A DNA stretch of 48,809 nucleotides. It comes from a virus. The stretch is taken from IMG/VR virus record IMGVR_UViG_3300037466_001923. One strand, 5' to 3'. Below are positions 32,023-40,945 of this stretch, in pieces; the first letter of the stretch is position 1; the number at the start of each line of letters is the position of its first letter. Below the pieces are notes generated by a model, which saw only the letters and a list, made by a program, of their open reading frames with translations, made no database searches and was not told the origin of the DNA. The translations under genes were made by a program, and so were the position numbers.

Positions 32023-33821
32023 GCTTGGGGTCCCGTAACGTTCGAGGTACTGACGCGGGCACCCGACGCGCCATTGCCCCGCACGCTGGCGGTCGCCCGA
32101 GTACCCGGAGGGGCGTTGTGCACTTGCACGTCAATTTGCAGCTTCTGGTCGATGGCGGCGGCCATTTGACCGCGCTGCGCAGCCTCTCCGGCTGCATCAG
32201 CGGGCCGCTCATACAGGCGCGAAACGATAGCCCCGGCTTCTTGGGCCGTTTTGGCCCCTTGGAGCGCGCGGCCGGCAGCCTGCTCTTTGCCTTGGCGAAG
32301 CTCGTAGTCGGCAAATTGCAGTTGCTGTTCTAGCGTCGACCCGCGAATGTCCGCGCCCGTCAGCTTCTTGAACTCGTATTGCCGGTCTTCATGCCACTGG
32401 CCGATGCCGTAGGCATGCCCGTTGTCGCCGACTGCCTTAGGATTGAAGAGGCTTTCCTTCCAGAAATTCGCCGCCAAACCCGCGGCTGCCTCCTTGGACC
32501 AGCCCATAGCCTGTAGCTTGGCGACAACGCCCGCCGTTTGAGGATCATTCGCCGCTCCAGCACGACGCCGATCTCCAATCGGATCACCCTTCCACGGCTC
32601 TCCTGCGGTCGCTTGGTGATCCGCCAAGTATTCGGCCTCACCTGTATTGAGGTCCTTTGAGTGCAGCAATGCCAGCACAGCCGCCATAACGGGTCCGCCG
32701 GCAAGCCGCGCTAGCGCCGTCACCGCTGCGGGCACCGTTGTGGAGGTCAGTAGCGTCAGATTGGCGATCAAGCTCAGCACGCTGGCGATGGGTCCGGCAA
32801 ACGAGATCGCGGCGATTGCAATAGCAATCCCTTTAACTCCGCCAATGGCATCAACGAATTTGCCGATCTGATTGGTGGTTTTCTCCCAATCAACCTTCTC
32901 GATCCACTTCGCGAACTTCTCGGCGTATTCTGCAACCTTGGTTGCGACCATGTCGCCATACTTGTCGACAAGTCGCCCGATGACGTTCAGAACCGTCTCA
33001 ACGGCGGGCGCGAGCGCTTCCCCAAATGAGTACTTCAGCCGCGTAGCCGAAGCCTCCAACCTGAGCATGTTCTCGTTGAATCGCTTTCCTTTCGCGATCT
33101 CTTTGTCGTCGAACACAAGTCCCATCGAACGGGCCTTGCGCACGAATTCATCTATGCCCTTCCCACCCTCCTGAAGGAGGGGCAGGAGAGATTCAACGCC
33201 GAACGTTCCGGCTATGAGCGCTTGGGCCTGCACGTTTCCTTTCTGCATGACGATCGCATTGGCCACGTCATGCAGCGCCCGGGTCGCATCCACCGCACCG
33301 TCTTTAGTCTTGTGCAGACGGATTCCGAACTTCTGCATCATGACCAACGCGTCTTGGTTACGCCCGAAGGTCGCGTCTTCGATCGTTCGCCCCAAGCTCT
33401 TAAGGCTGCTGGTCATGTCATCAGAGGAAAGCCCCGCGAGCTTCGCCGCTCCGCGATAGGCTTGAAGTTCGTCCGCTGAAACACCGAGGACGGCCGAAGT
33501 CTTCGAGACCTCCATCCCCATCTTGCCCCACTCGTTGGCGAGTAGAGCAATCCCTGCGACGGAGCCAATCCCTGCAATTGCAGCGAGCGGGGTCAGCACC
33601 GATGCAACCTGTCGGGCCGCATCTTGAGCTGCTCCGCCGATGGACTTGATGCCCTTTGCTACGCGGTCGAGGCCGGCCTCCTTACCCAAGGCGGAGAACG
33701 ATGCCTTGAGATCAGTGGCCGGCTTCGTGACGTTCGCGATCGAGGCCTTGATCTTCCGGATCGAGGCCGTGGCCTTGTCGACCGCAGAGATCGTGACCTG
33801 AAACGTCGAACCAGCCGCCAT
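32019..33821 (-). CDS. Tape measure protein with a C-terminal lysozyme-like segment
   Basis: 600 aa, helical and TM-rich centre. C-terminus GHAYGIGQWHEDRQ...ADYELRQ. Confidence 0.85.
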   Translation of the reverse strand: MAAGSTFQVTISAVDKATASIRKIKASIANVTKPATDLKASFSALGKEAGLDRVAKGIKSIGGAAQDAARQVASVLTPLAAIAGIGSVAGIALLANEWGKMGMEVSKTSAVLGVSADELQAYRGAAKLAGLSSDDMTSSLKSLGRTIEDATFGRNQDALVMMQKFGIRLHKTKDGAVDATRALHDVANAIVMQKGNVQAQALIAGTFGVESLLPLLQEGGKGIDEFVRKARSMGLVFDDKEIAKGKRFNENMLRLEASATRLKYSFGEALAPAVETVLNVIGRLVDKYGDMVATKVAEYAEKFAKWIEKVDWEKTTNQIGKFVDAIGGVKGIAIAIAAISFAGPIASVLSLIANLTLLTSTTVPAAVTALARLAGGPVMAAVLALLHSKDLNTGEAEYLADHQATAGEPWKGDPIGDRRRAGAANDPQTAGVVAKLQAMGWSKEAAAGLAANFWKESLFNPKAVGDNGHAYGIGQWHEDRQYEFKKLTGADIRGSTLEQQLQFADYELRQGKEQAAGRALQGAKTAQEAGAIVSRLYERPADAAGEAAQRGQMAAAIDQKLQIDVQVHNAPPGTRATASVRGNGASGARVSTSNVTGPQA

Positions 33822-34228
33822 TCACTGCTCCATCAGTTTTTTGATCCGCATCGCCTGCTCCATCCACCATTCCAGGCGGGACAGGCTCAATCGCCACGCA
33901 TCTTCTGGCCCCCAGCGGAAAAAATGCGTGACGTCAGCAACTACGCTTCCGCAGCCGTCGGGCCATCGTCGGTAAAACCCCCGAGGTACTCGTTGGCCTC
34001 CGTAAAATCACGTTGGCACAGCTTTTCAACGGCGATCTTCGGCACCCCTGCCACCAGGTGGATCAGCATGATCCCGATGCCGATGTTGCTGGATGCCGCC
34101 ATGGCCTTGTCGAGTTCGCCGGCGGTCGGCTCGCGGAGATTGAGCGAGTCGTACGTCATGGCACCCTCGCCGCTGCCGATCGTGACCGGCTTGCGGAGCT
34201 TCAGAAGCTTTTCTTCGGGCTGCGACAT
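33822..34228 (-). CDS. Tail assembly chaperone, predicted -1 frameshift fusion product
   Basis: After the slip at G_GGT_TTT the -1 frame is open for about 50 codons (..WGPEDAWRLSLSRLEWWMEQAMRIKKLMEQ) and stops at TGA abutting the tape-measure ATG. Confidence 0.6.
33941..34228 (-). CDS. Tail assembly chaperone (zero-frame product)
   Basis: 95 aa, between tube and tape measure. Confidence 0.75.
   Translation of the reverse strand: MSQPEEKLLKLRKPVTIGSGEGAMTYDSLNLREPTAGELDKAMAASSNIGIGIMLIHLVAGVPKIAVEKLCQRDFTEANEYLGGFTDDGPTAAEA
33974..33980 (-). other. Slippery heptamer G_GGT_TTT for the programmed -1 frameshift
   Basis: Zero-frame codons GGG GGT TTT ACC verified from the gene start at 34228. 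Confidence 0.6.
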
Positions 34229-34229
34229 G

Positions 34230-34598
34230 TCATGCCTCCGTGACGCTCGGGCCTTCCCACTTCACTTCGAGCGTGGCCTCAGCAGTCTTAACTTCCTGGA
34301 CATCGACCGTCCACATGTTGCGGCCGATGATCGTCTTGCCGTTCGCCAACTGCAGCACGACGGTCGAGTTCGTCATCGCGTTAATCGAGGCAACGCTCAG
34401 GTTCTTGGCGTCGCGCAGCGTTGCGGAGATCATCCCGGTCGACGGCTTCTCGCTGTAGCCATGGACGGTGTCCTGCCCGATCAGCGATTCGCGCTCGATC
34501 TTCGAAACGCGATATGTGAGGTCGGCTTGGAGCATGTAGCTCTGCCCGTCGACCGAGATAAATGCAATCCCGGCCAAGCGGTTGGTGGTATCGGCCAT
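34230..34598 (-). CDS. Tail tube protein
   Basis: 122 aa, directly after the sheath gene. Confidence 0.8.
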   Translation of the reverse strand: MADTTNRLAGIAFISVDGQSYMLQADLTYRVSKIERESLIGQDTVHGYSEKPSTGMISATLRDAKNLSVASINAMTNSTVVLQLANGKTIIGRNMWTVDVQEVKTAEATLEVKWEGPSVTEA

Positions 34599-34642
34599 CT
34601 GGCCCTCCAGATAGAGTGGCCGCGCGGGGGCGGCCTATTCGA

Positions 34643-36124
34643 TTAGCTGAGGCGGAACTGGGCCAGCAGCGCGAAGATGCGCAGTTGGTTGATCAGCGTG
34701 CCAGGCCAGAGAACATCCACGCGGTTCGGATTGCTCGCGTTTTGCTGGACGATGATGGCTTGCGCGAATGCCTGGCTGTTTTGGACGTAGCCGTTGTATT
34801 CGAGGGTCTGATACGCGGCGATGAGATCGGCGCGAATCATGCTCGGCGTGACGATGTTCGAGCCGGGGGCGAAACGAGTGCCGTCGGCCGCCAGCTTCAC
34901 CCGCGCATACTTCGAAGTGACCAGAGTCGCCATCGAACGCAGCACGAACGCCAGGAGGAACATCGTCTCGATTTCGAGATACGAGTTGTCCGGCTGACCA
35001 AAAGCGTTTTGCTGGTAGGTCGTGATCGCGTTTTCGATACGCACTGTGCCGTCGGTACCCACCGTGAAGGTGGAAATCCCGTCGTACAGGTTGGTATTGC
35101 GCTGCGACAGCGAAAACTGCGATGCAAGCGGCGGAGCCAACACGTCCGCCAGCGCGAGAGTTTGCAGCGGCACACCCGGGTCAGCGCGTAGACTCACCGC
35201 CGAAGCAGCTGCGAAAGCTGCGGCCCACTTCCAGACCGGCGTGGGCGAATCGTAGAAGCCCATGCACGATTCGTGCTGGTTGTTGCGCGTCAAGCCGAAC
35301 GTCGTCAGCGCAGCCGACGTACCACGGTAAGCGAAGAAGCAGTGCCCGTAGACTTGGACGCTCCAGGACCAACGCCCTGTGGTGTCATTCAGGAACGATT
35401 GCAGCGCGTTCAACGACGTCGTGTCCGTGTAGGGGCAGACGATAAAGTCGAACGGCATGCTCTGCAGGTTCGCCAATCCCGTGGTCAAGCTCGGATTGGT
35501 GGCGCCGCTTGCCATGGCGGTGATGGTGAACGCAAGGCCTGCGGGCGTCGACTCGCCGCCCGCGACGCTGCGGTAGTTCGCGCGGATGTCGATGTCGTTG
35601 CCGGCCAAACCCTTGTTCTTGGCCGTGATGGTCACGGTCGAAGTGCTCGCCGTTGCGGTCACCGCCAGGTCGTTGATCGCATTGATCGCCGCCGCAACCG
35701 CCGTCGCCACCTGGGCAGTCGTCATGCTCGCCGTAACAGCGGTCGTCACCAGCATGCCGCCAATATAGAGGGAGAGCGCGCCGCTCGCTGTCGGCGCAGA
35801 GGTGAATGCGATCGAACCCGTCGCAGCCGTTGCGGCCGGGTCATCTGCCAGCGGCAGATACCACACCTCGCCGAAAGTGTCGTTCTGGCGATATGTGTAG
35901 GTCATCTGCGCCAGCATCGAGCCCTGGCCGCCTTGCGTTTTCGCATCGGCGACGCCTTGCGAGATGATCGGCACGTTCGGGGTGGCCGTGCCGGCCGAGG
36001 TGATCTGGCCGATGATCAACGCACGCTGATTGGCCGTTGCGGTGTTCGCTTGGCTGTTGTCAACCTCCGCGTAGAACAGCGGCACACGGAGGTTCTGCGG
36101 GATCTGCTTGAATGGAATCGTCAT
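34643..36124 (-). CDS. Contractile tail sheath protein
   Basis: 493 aa. N-terminus IPQNLRVPLFYAEVD, typical of Mu/P2-type sheaths. Confidence 0.9.
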   Translation of the reverse strand: MTIPFKQIPQNLRVPLFYAEVDNSQANTATANQRALIIGQITSAGTATPNVPIISQGVADAKTQGGQGSMLAQMTYTYRQNDTFGEVWYLPLADDPAATAATGSIAFTSAPTASGALSLYIGGMLVTTAVTASMTTAQVATAVAAAINAINDLAVTATASTSTVTITAKNKGLAGNDIDIRANYRSVAGGESTPAGLAFTITAMASGATNPSLTTGLANLQSMPFDFIVCPYTDTTSLNALQSFLNDTTGRWSWSVQVYGHCFFAYRGTSAALTTFGLTRNNQHESCMGFYDSPTPVWKWAAAFAAASAVSLRADPGVPLQTLALADVLAPPLASQFSLSQRNTNLYDGISTFTVGTDGTVRIENAITTYQQNAFGQPDNSYLEIETMFLLAFVLRSMATLVTSKYARVKLAADGTRFAPGSNIVTPSMIRADLIAAYQTLEYNGYVQNSQAFAQAIIVQQNASNPNRVDVLWPGTLINQLRIFALLAQFRLS

Positions 36125-36303
36125 TGCTTGTCACCCCCGGTAGTGGGCTTGGCCTTCGCCGGAGGCGTCAGCGTTACGTCCTTGTCACGCAGCAGGCGAT
36201 CCCAATAGAGATCGCCGTCAGCGACTTCGAGCCCGTTTTCATCGAGCAAATTCATCGTCGCCGGGTCTCGCACGGAGAGCCCTGGACTTGGGTAGACCTT
36301 CAT
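36121..36303 (-). CDS. Small conserved protein upstream of the sheath (Mu gp38/DUF2635-like)
   Basis: 60 aa; 4-nt overlap with the sheath gene. Confidence 0.5.
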   Translation of the reverse strand: MKVYPSPGLSVRDPATMNLLDENGLEVADGDLYWDRLLRDKDVTLTPPAKAKPTTGGDKQ

Positions 36304-36314
36304 GGGGTGTGCTC

Positions 36315-36959
36315 CTATTGGGGAAGCGTGATCGTCAGCGCGCCTTCATCCCGGCCATCAGGCCCAGCGGTGCGCGGTGCGGGATTGACTGATGCTGGGA
36401 AAGGCGGATTTGGATAAGTGCCGCTCGGATCGAAAGGCGATGCGGTGTCGACGTGAGCATTGACGGTCTGCAACGGCACAGTCGCGATCGGATAGAACAA
36501 CTCGGGGCCCTGATAGAACTTCACCTCGATGTGCATCACCAGTTCAGCCATCGGCATGTCGCCTTCGGAACTGGTGTCTATGTCCGATTCCATCGACGTG
36601 AATTGCTCGATGCGTTGTCCGCCGGCTGGGTCCTGCCAGATCGAAGGGTTGTTGATCAAGGTGGTCTCGATTTGCGCCTTCAGCAGTTCTGCTGCAGCTA
36701 GGGCCGTTGCGGATCCTGCATCACCGACCTGCGCTGGCGATTTCGTCCTGGCGAGGATCTCGACCCTGGTGTAGACGTCGAACTCAGGAACGTTCGGCCC
36801 CAGCGACACCTTCCGCTCCTTCCTCGCATGCACAAGGATCAGCGGATATGACGTTGGCGACGTCGGCCAATCGAATGGCGAATACACCGATTGGCCGGCG
36901 CTCGTCGCGCCTTTCAAAGCGCTGACGAATAGAGCGCGCAGATCTGCGGACGTGGTCAT
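36315..36959 (-). CDS. Putative tail terminator / neck protein
   Basis: Position between head and tail modules. Confidence 0.5.
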   Translation of the reverse strand: MTTSADLRALFVSALKGATSAGQSVYSPFDWPTSPTSYPLILVHARKERKVSLGPNVPEFDVYTRVEILARTKSPAQVGDAGSATALAAAELLKAQIETTLINNPSIWQDPAGGQRIEQFTSMESDIDTSSEGDMPMAELVMHIEVKFYQGPELFYPIATVPLQTVNAHVDTASPFDPSGTYPNPPFPASVNPAPRTAGPDGRDEGALTITLPQ

Positions 36960-37285
36960 GGTGAACTCACTTTGCTCAGTAGGAGCTTCATGCCGCCATG
37001 ACTATCTGGACGCGCTTCCCGCACGACGTACGTCGTATTGACGCTCGCCACTGACAGTTGATCGTTCTGAACCGGTGGAGCGGCGAACTGGGAGACCTGG
37101 ACGCCAAGGACCGCGCTGATCTCGGTCACGCCCGTGGATGCATCCTCGAACATGACCTCTTTCAGGTAAGCGTCATCAAAGACACCGGTAATAACAAAAG
37201 ACCCGCCAGAGGCGGGCCTGTAGGTCACCGATTCCCCGAAAACGCCCATCAGAGGCCGTAGAACCAACGCATCCCAGTTCACCAT
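36956..37285 (-). CDS. Putative head-tail connector protein
   Basis: 109 aa; called by position. Confidence 0.5.
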   Translation of the reverse strand: MVNWDALVLRPLMGVFGESVTYRPASGGSFVITGVFDDAYLKEVMFEDASTGVTEISAVLGVQVSQFAAPPVQNDQLSVASVNTTYVVREARPDSHGGMKLLLSKVSSP

Positions 37286-37288
37286 CTC

Positions 37289-37567
37289 TTAGGCCACCTT
37301 GACCTGCGGTCCTTCGTTGAAGTCGAAGGAAGGCCCGGGCGCCGTCGGCGGAGCCGGCTCGGCATTCGGTGCGAGGAGGAAGCCGAGCGCCCGGAGACGT
37401 TTGACCTCATTCTCCGGGAGCGAAACAGCCTCACCAGGCCCCTTGGGACCTGCGGCCTTGACAACGTCTACTTCCCGCTTCGCTTCTGCGTCCCAGACCT
37501 TCGCCTGAACCGCCTCGGTATAGACGGTCCTTCCGGGCGCCACGATTGCTGTGATCGCCTTAGCCAT
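37289..37567 (-). CDS. Hypothetical protein after the capsid gene
   Basis: 92-aa ORF. Confidence 0.5.
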   Translation of the reverse strand: MAKAITAIVAPGRTVYTEAVQAKVWDAEAKREVDVVKAAGPKGPGEAVSLPENEVKRLRALGFLLAPNAEPAPPTAPGPSFDFNEGPQVKVA

Positions 37568-38625
37568 CAGTTCACCACCGCAGCGCAGACGGTCGCGGAA
37601 AGCGACGCATTAACACGGCTCGGGATGACGATCGGCGACGACTGCATCAGGATGACCCGCTGCGCCGGGTCGTTCTCCACCCAGGTCTTCGGCGCGTACG
37701 GCAGCGCGGTGTAGTTGAAGGCCGGATCCATGATCTGGCCGAACGCGCGAGTCCCCATCAGATCGGCACCACTCATCAGCACGGTACCGTCCGCCAACAT
37801 CGGCGTTTCCACGTTGGTCACGGGGTCGACATACCAGTCGTTGTAGACCCACAGGTCGTACTGGCCCCAACGGCCCTTGTACTGGGCACCGCGCTGGATC
37901 TGCGCGCCGACATTCACGGTGTTGCCTTGGCCACCATTGCCGGGATACCAGATCGTCTGCTTAACCACCGGATCCTGAATGAACAGTTCCCAGGGGGTGG
38001 TGGTGAACACCAGGTCGGTCGCCACACCACCCGACTTCTTTAGCATCAGGTGGCCCCAGTTCTCGATGCTGCTGGACGGCACCACCCCGTTCTGACCCCA
38101 CTGGTTGCCGCCGGACAGCGCGATGGAAAGGCTTGCGTCGCGACCGAAATCGACGACGACAGTCGGAAATCCGTCGCCAGCGATGGTGACCGTCGCGCCG
38201 TTCAAGGCCTGCGCAGCCATCCACTCGAGGCGGCGGTCGATCATGTCGATTTGGTCGCTCATCTCGAATTCGAGATTGGCCATTTCGCGCTCAGCACCGC
38301 TGAGGTCCCCGCCGATCCGCTCACCGATCATGCGACGAACGGGCTTGCGAAGATCTGGAGCGCGCTTGTCCTTGATGTAGGCCGGCTTGAAGACGTTCGT
38401 CTGAATGCGGCGCTGCTCGACAAGCTTGCCTTCGACCAGAGGAGAGACGAACGGCGCCATGCGGCGAATGCCGACATCGACGTCGATCGAGACATATTCC
38501 GAATCCGACATGACAATGTTCGGGAAGAACTTGTCGAGCAGAAACTTCTGCGCCCGTTTCAGGTTCGGTACGACCTGAATCAGGGTGTTTGTGTCGTAAA
38601 TGAACGTGTTGTTCGTGGTAGTCAT
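37567..38625 (-). CDS. Major capsid protein, lambda gpE family
   Basis: 352 aa. LLDKFFPN...VSIDVDVG.RRMAPFVSP...NVFKPAYIKDKR pattern. Confidence 0.9.
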   Translation of the reverse strand: MTTTNNTFIYDTNTLIQVVPNLKRAQKFLLDKFFPNIVMSDSEYVSIDVDVGIRRMAPFVSPLVEGKLVEQRRIQTNVFKPAYIKDKRAPDLRKPVRRMIGERIGGDLSGAEREMANLEFEMSDQIDMIDRRLEWMAAQALNGATVTIAGDGFPTVVVDFGRDASLSIALSGGNQWGQNGVVPSSSIENWGHLMLKKSGGVATDLVFTTTPWELFIQDPVVKQTIWYPGNGGQGNTVNVGAQIQRGAQYKGRWGQYDLWVYNDWYVDPVTNVETPMLADGTVLMSGADLMGTRAFGQIMDPAFNYTALPYAPKTWVENDPAQRVILMQSSPIVIPSRVNASLSATVCAAVVN

Positions 38626-38702
38626 TCAGGGCTCCGATTGCGTTCGACACCCACCAAAAGAAAAACCCCGCCGAAGCGGGGCTCTCGATGGAGGAGGTCC
38701 GG

Positions 38703-39389
38703 TTAGGTGGGGTCGGTTGCGGTCTGCACCGGTTTCAGGAAGATGCCAAACTGGCGCAGCATCTGCGTGAGAGTCGGTCCCCATGCGGCAGAGTTGGCGC
38801 CCCAACTGGCATCGGGCTGGATTGCGTTCACGTTGAACTCGCCCATCAGATACACACCGATGGCCACTGCGCCACCGCTCGCATCTGCATAGTCAGCAAG
38901 GATCGCGCACGGAACCTGACTGCCGTCTTGAGCCGTCGTCTTCGACAGCACGTAGTTGCCGGACGGTACCGTGACCGTGAACTCGTCACCGGCCGCAAAC
39001 GCCGTACCACCCGCGGTGATGGTGAAGTTGAGGTCGGCGCCGACGTAGGCGGTACCGACGGTCGCATTCGGCAAAGCTAGGCCATCCGGTCCAGCGACCG
39101 TGAAGTTCGTAGCGCTGGTCGCCACAAGCGTGTAGACGCCAGCCTGCACGGCAGCGCCCTTCGAAATGGAGCCGATCGTGCCGTTGCCGGTATTCGTGCC
39201 AGCGGCCGATACAACCGTACCGGTTTGCTGGCCCAAAATTGCACCGCGCTGCAGAGTACCGGAACCGAGAACACCGTTCGCAGTTACCAGCTTCATGTTG
39301 CCCGCGATCAGCTGATCCGGGATGTAGGTTTCAGCGTAGATGCCGGGCTGCTGGGGATTGTCCCCCAGGGAATTGACCGTCAGAGTCAT
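38703..39389 (-). CDS. Head decoration protein (lambda gpD-like), about twice the usual size
   Basis: N-terminus YIPDQLIAGNMKLVT and C-terminus AILADYADASG...GVYLMGEFN, with a G/T/A-rich insert between them. Confidence 0.6.
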   Translation of the reverse strand: MTLTVNSLGDNPQQPGIYAETYIPDQLIAGNMKLVTANGVLGSGTLQRGAILGQQTGTVVSAAGTNTGNGTIGSISKGAAVQAGVYTLVATSATNFTVAGPDGLALPNATVGTAYVGADLNFTITAGGTAFAAGDEFTVTVPSGNYVLSKTTAQDGSQVPCAILADYADASGGAVAIGVYLMGEFNVNAIQPDASWGANSAAWGPTLTQMLRQFGIFLKPVQTATDPT

Positions 39390-39420
39390 GGTAGTGATCC
39401 TCTAAGGACTTTGGGGGGGG

Positions 39421-40041
39421 TTAAACTTCGCCGCGGCGCTTCTTCCCGGCCGCAACGATCGCCATGGCCTTGGCTTTGGGATCGTTGGGATCGAGCGCCT
39501 GCGCGCCGCCGTCGGCGCCTACGTTCGGGACCTTCACGCTTGCCATGCGCTCGCGCAACCCAGACGCACGAGACATCCCATCGGCCGCAGAAGCCTCCAG
39601 AGCACGAATAGCTTGAGCCGCGGTCATGCTGGTATCGAAAGCGAAAACACCAGCTTGGCGCACGCAGCCATGGGCGATGCCGTGCGCGATGATCTTCGCG
39701 CAGCGCGCGCGCTCAGCCTTGGCCGATTCGCCGTCATCGTCGCTGTCGTCTTCAGCGCGCTTGGCTTTTTTGGCCTTCTTTGCGTCGCCCTTGTCGTCCT
39801 TGTCTTCCTCATCGGGATCGACTTCTTCGGCGCGCTCGTCTTCGTCCTTGTCGTCTTTTTCTTCCATGCGCTTGGCATACTCCTCGTCCGACTCATCCGC
39901 GCGCTGCTTGTCGTCCTCATCCTCTTCGGCGCGCTTGGCCTGATCCTTGTCCTTTTTGTCTTCATCGTCCTCCGCCTTGGCGGCAGCAAGACCGAGCAGA
40001 TGGGCGAACGACGCCGCGCTCGCGAGCTTCGAGAGTTTCAT
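39421..40041 (-). CDS. Putative scaffold protein with an extremely acidic D/E/K low-complexity region
   Basis: Lies between protease and decoration genes. AEDDEDKKDKDQAKRAEEDEDDK... Confidence 0.5.
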   Translation of the reverse strand: MKLSKLASAASFAHLLGLAAAKAEDDEDKKDKDQAKRAEEDEDDKQRADESDEEYAKRMEEKDDKDEDERAEEVDPDEEDKDDKGDAKKAKKAKRAEDDSDDDGESAKAERARCAKIIAHGIAHGCVRQAGVFAFDTSMTAAQAIRALEASAADGMSRASGLRERMASVKVPNVGADGGAQALDPNDPKAKAMAIVAAGKKRRGEV

Positions 40042-40063
40042 ACAGATGTCCTATGAGATTGGT

Positions 40064-40945
40064 TTAGGCCAGCGTGCTTAGCAGGGCCCGAAACGCGGCA
40101 TCAGGGGCCGCCACTTCATCCGCGAGACCGAGGGCTACGCCGTTGGCGCCCAGGTATGTCGCGGCTTGCGTATCCCGAACCGTGGCGGCCGAGATATTCC
40201 GGTTGCGGGCGACGGTGTTCACGAACAGCTCGCCCATCGAATCAATATCCGCCTGGAATCGCGCGAGCGCCTCCTCGGACAGCGGGATTTCCGCATGGCC
40301 ATCCGCCTTGCGGTCCCCATACGTAATAAAGGTCACTTTCACGCCTGCCGTGGTCAGAGCCTTTGACAGGTCCACGTGCGCGCAAATCACGCCAATGCTG
40401 CCGACACCACCTGTGCGCGGCACCAAGACCCGATCGGCGGCGCTGGCGATCGCGTAGCCTGCCGAATATGCGGATTCGTTGAGGATGGACCAGATCGGCT
40501 TTGTCCCGCGTGCACCATAGATCGTGTCCACCAGGTCAAAACAACCAGCGACCTCCCCACCCGGAGAGTCCACATCGAGGACAATTGCCTCTACCTCCGG
40601 ATCTGTCAGTGCCATCAGGAAGTTCTGCCGGATACCGTCGTAGCCGGTCATACCGCTGTATGGTCGAAGGGTTCCAAGCTTCTGCACGAGGGTACCCTGC
40701 ACCTCCACCAAGGCGACCCCGCCGACCACGTCATATCCCTTGCGGGGGTTTCGGCCAGGCTCGGCAAACCCGTATTCGCCGTCCTCGATGGCCATCGGCG
40801 CAATCTGGGTGCCATCGAGGCGCATGATCTGCCCAATGCCAAGCCGGTCTGCCAGCGCTGCGATGACGATTTCAGCCTTGCGCGGATGGATGGCCACCGG
40901 CGTATTGAACATCCGCTGCCCGAGCCGGGACAAAATATGATTCAT
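40064..40945 (-). CDS. Head maturation protease, S49 (SppA/lambda gpC-like)
   Basis: IVLDVDSPGGEVAGCFDL...NESAYSAGYAIASAADR. Confidence 0.9.
   Translation of the reverse strand: MNHILSRLGQRMFNTPVAIHPRKAEIVIAALADRLGIGQIMRLDGTQIAPMAIEDGEYGFAEPGRNPRKGYDVVGGVALVEVQGTLVQKLGTLRPYSGMTGYDGIRQNFLMALTDPEVEAIVLDVDSPGGEVAGCFDLVDTIYGARGTKPIWSILNESAYSAGYAIASAADRVLVPRTGGVGSIGVICAHVDLSKALTTAGVKVTFITYGDRKADGHAEIPLSEEALARFQADIDSMGELFVNTVARNRNISAATVRDTQAATYLGANGVALGLADEVAAPDAAFRALLSTLA

Noticed and set aside
35273-36208. 311-aa plus-strand ORF and similar long antisense ORFs (28940..29593, 33624..34646, 38050..38706, 40376..41203, 43879..44730)
   Set aside because: All lie opposite structural genes with recognisable family signatures. 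All have Arg/His/Gly-rich compositions typical of GC-rich antisense frames.
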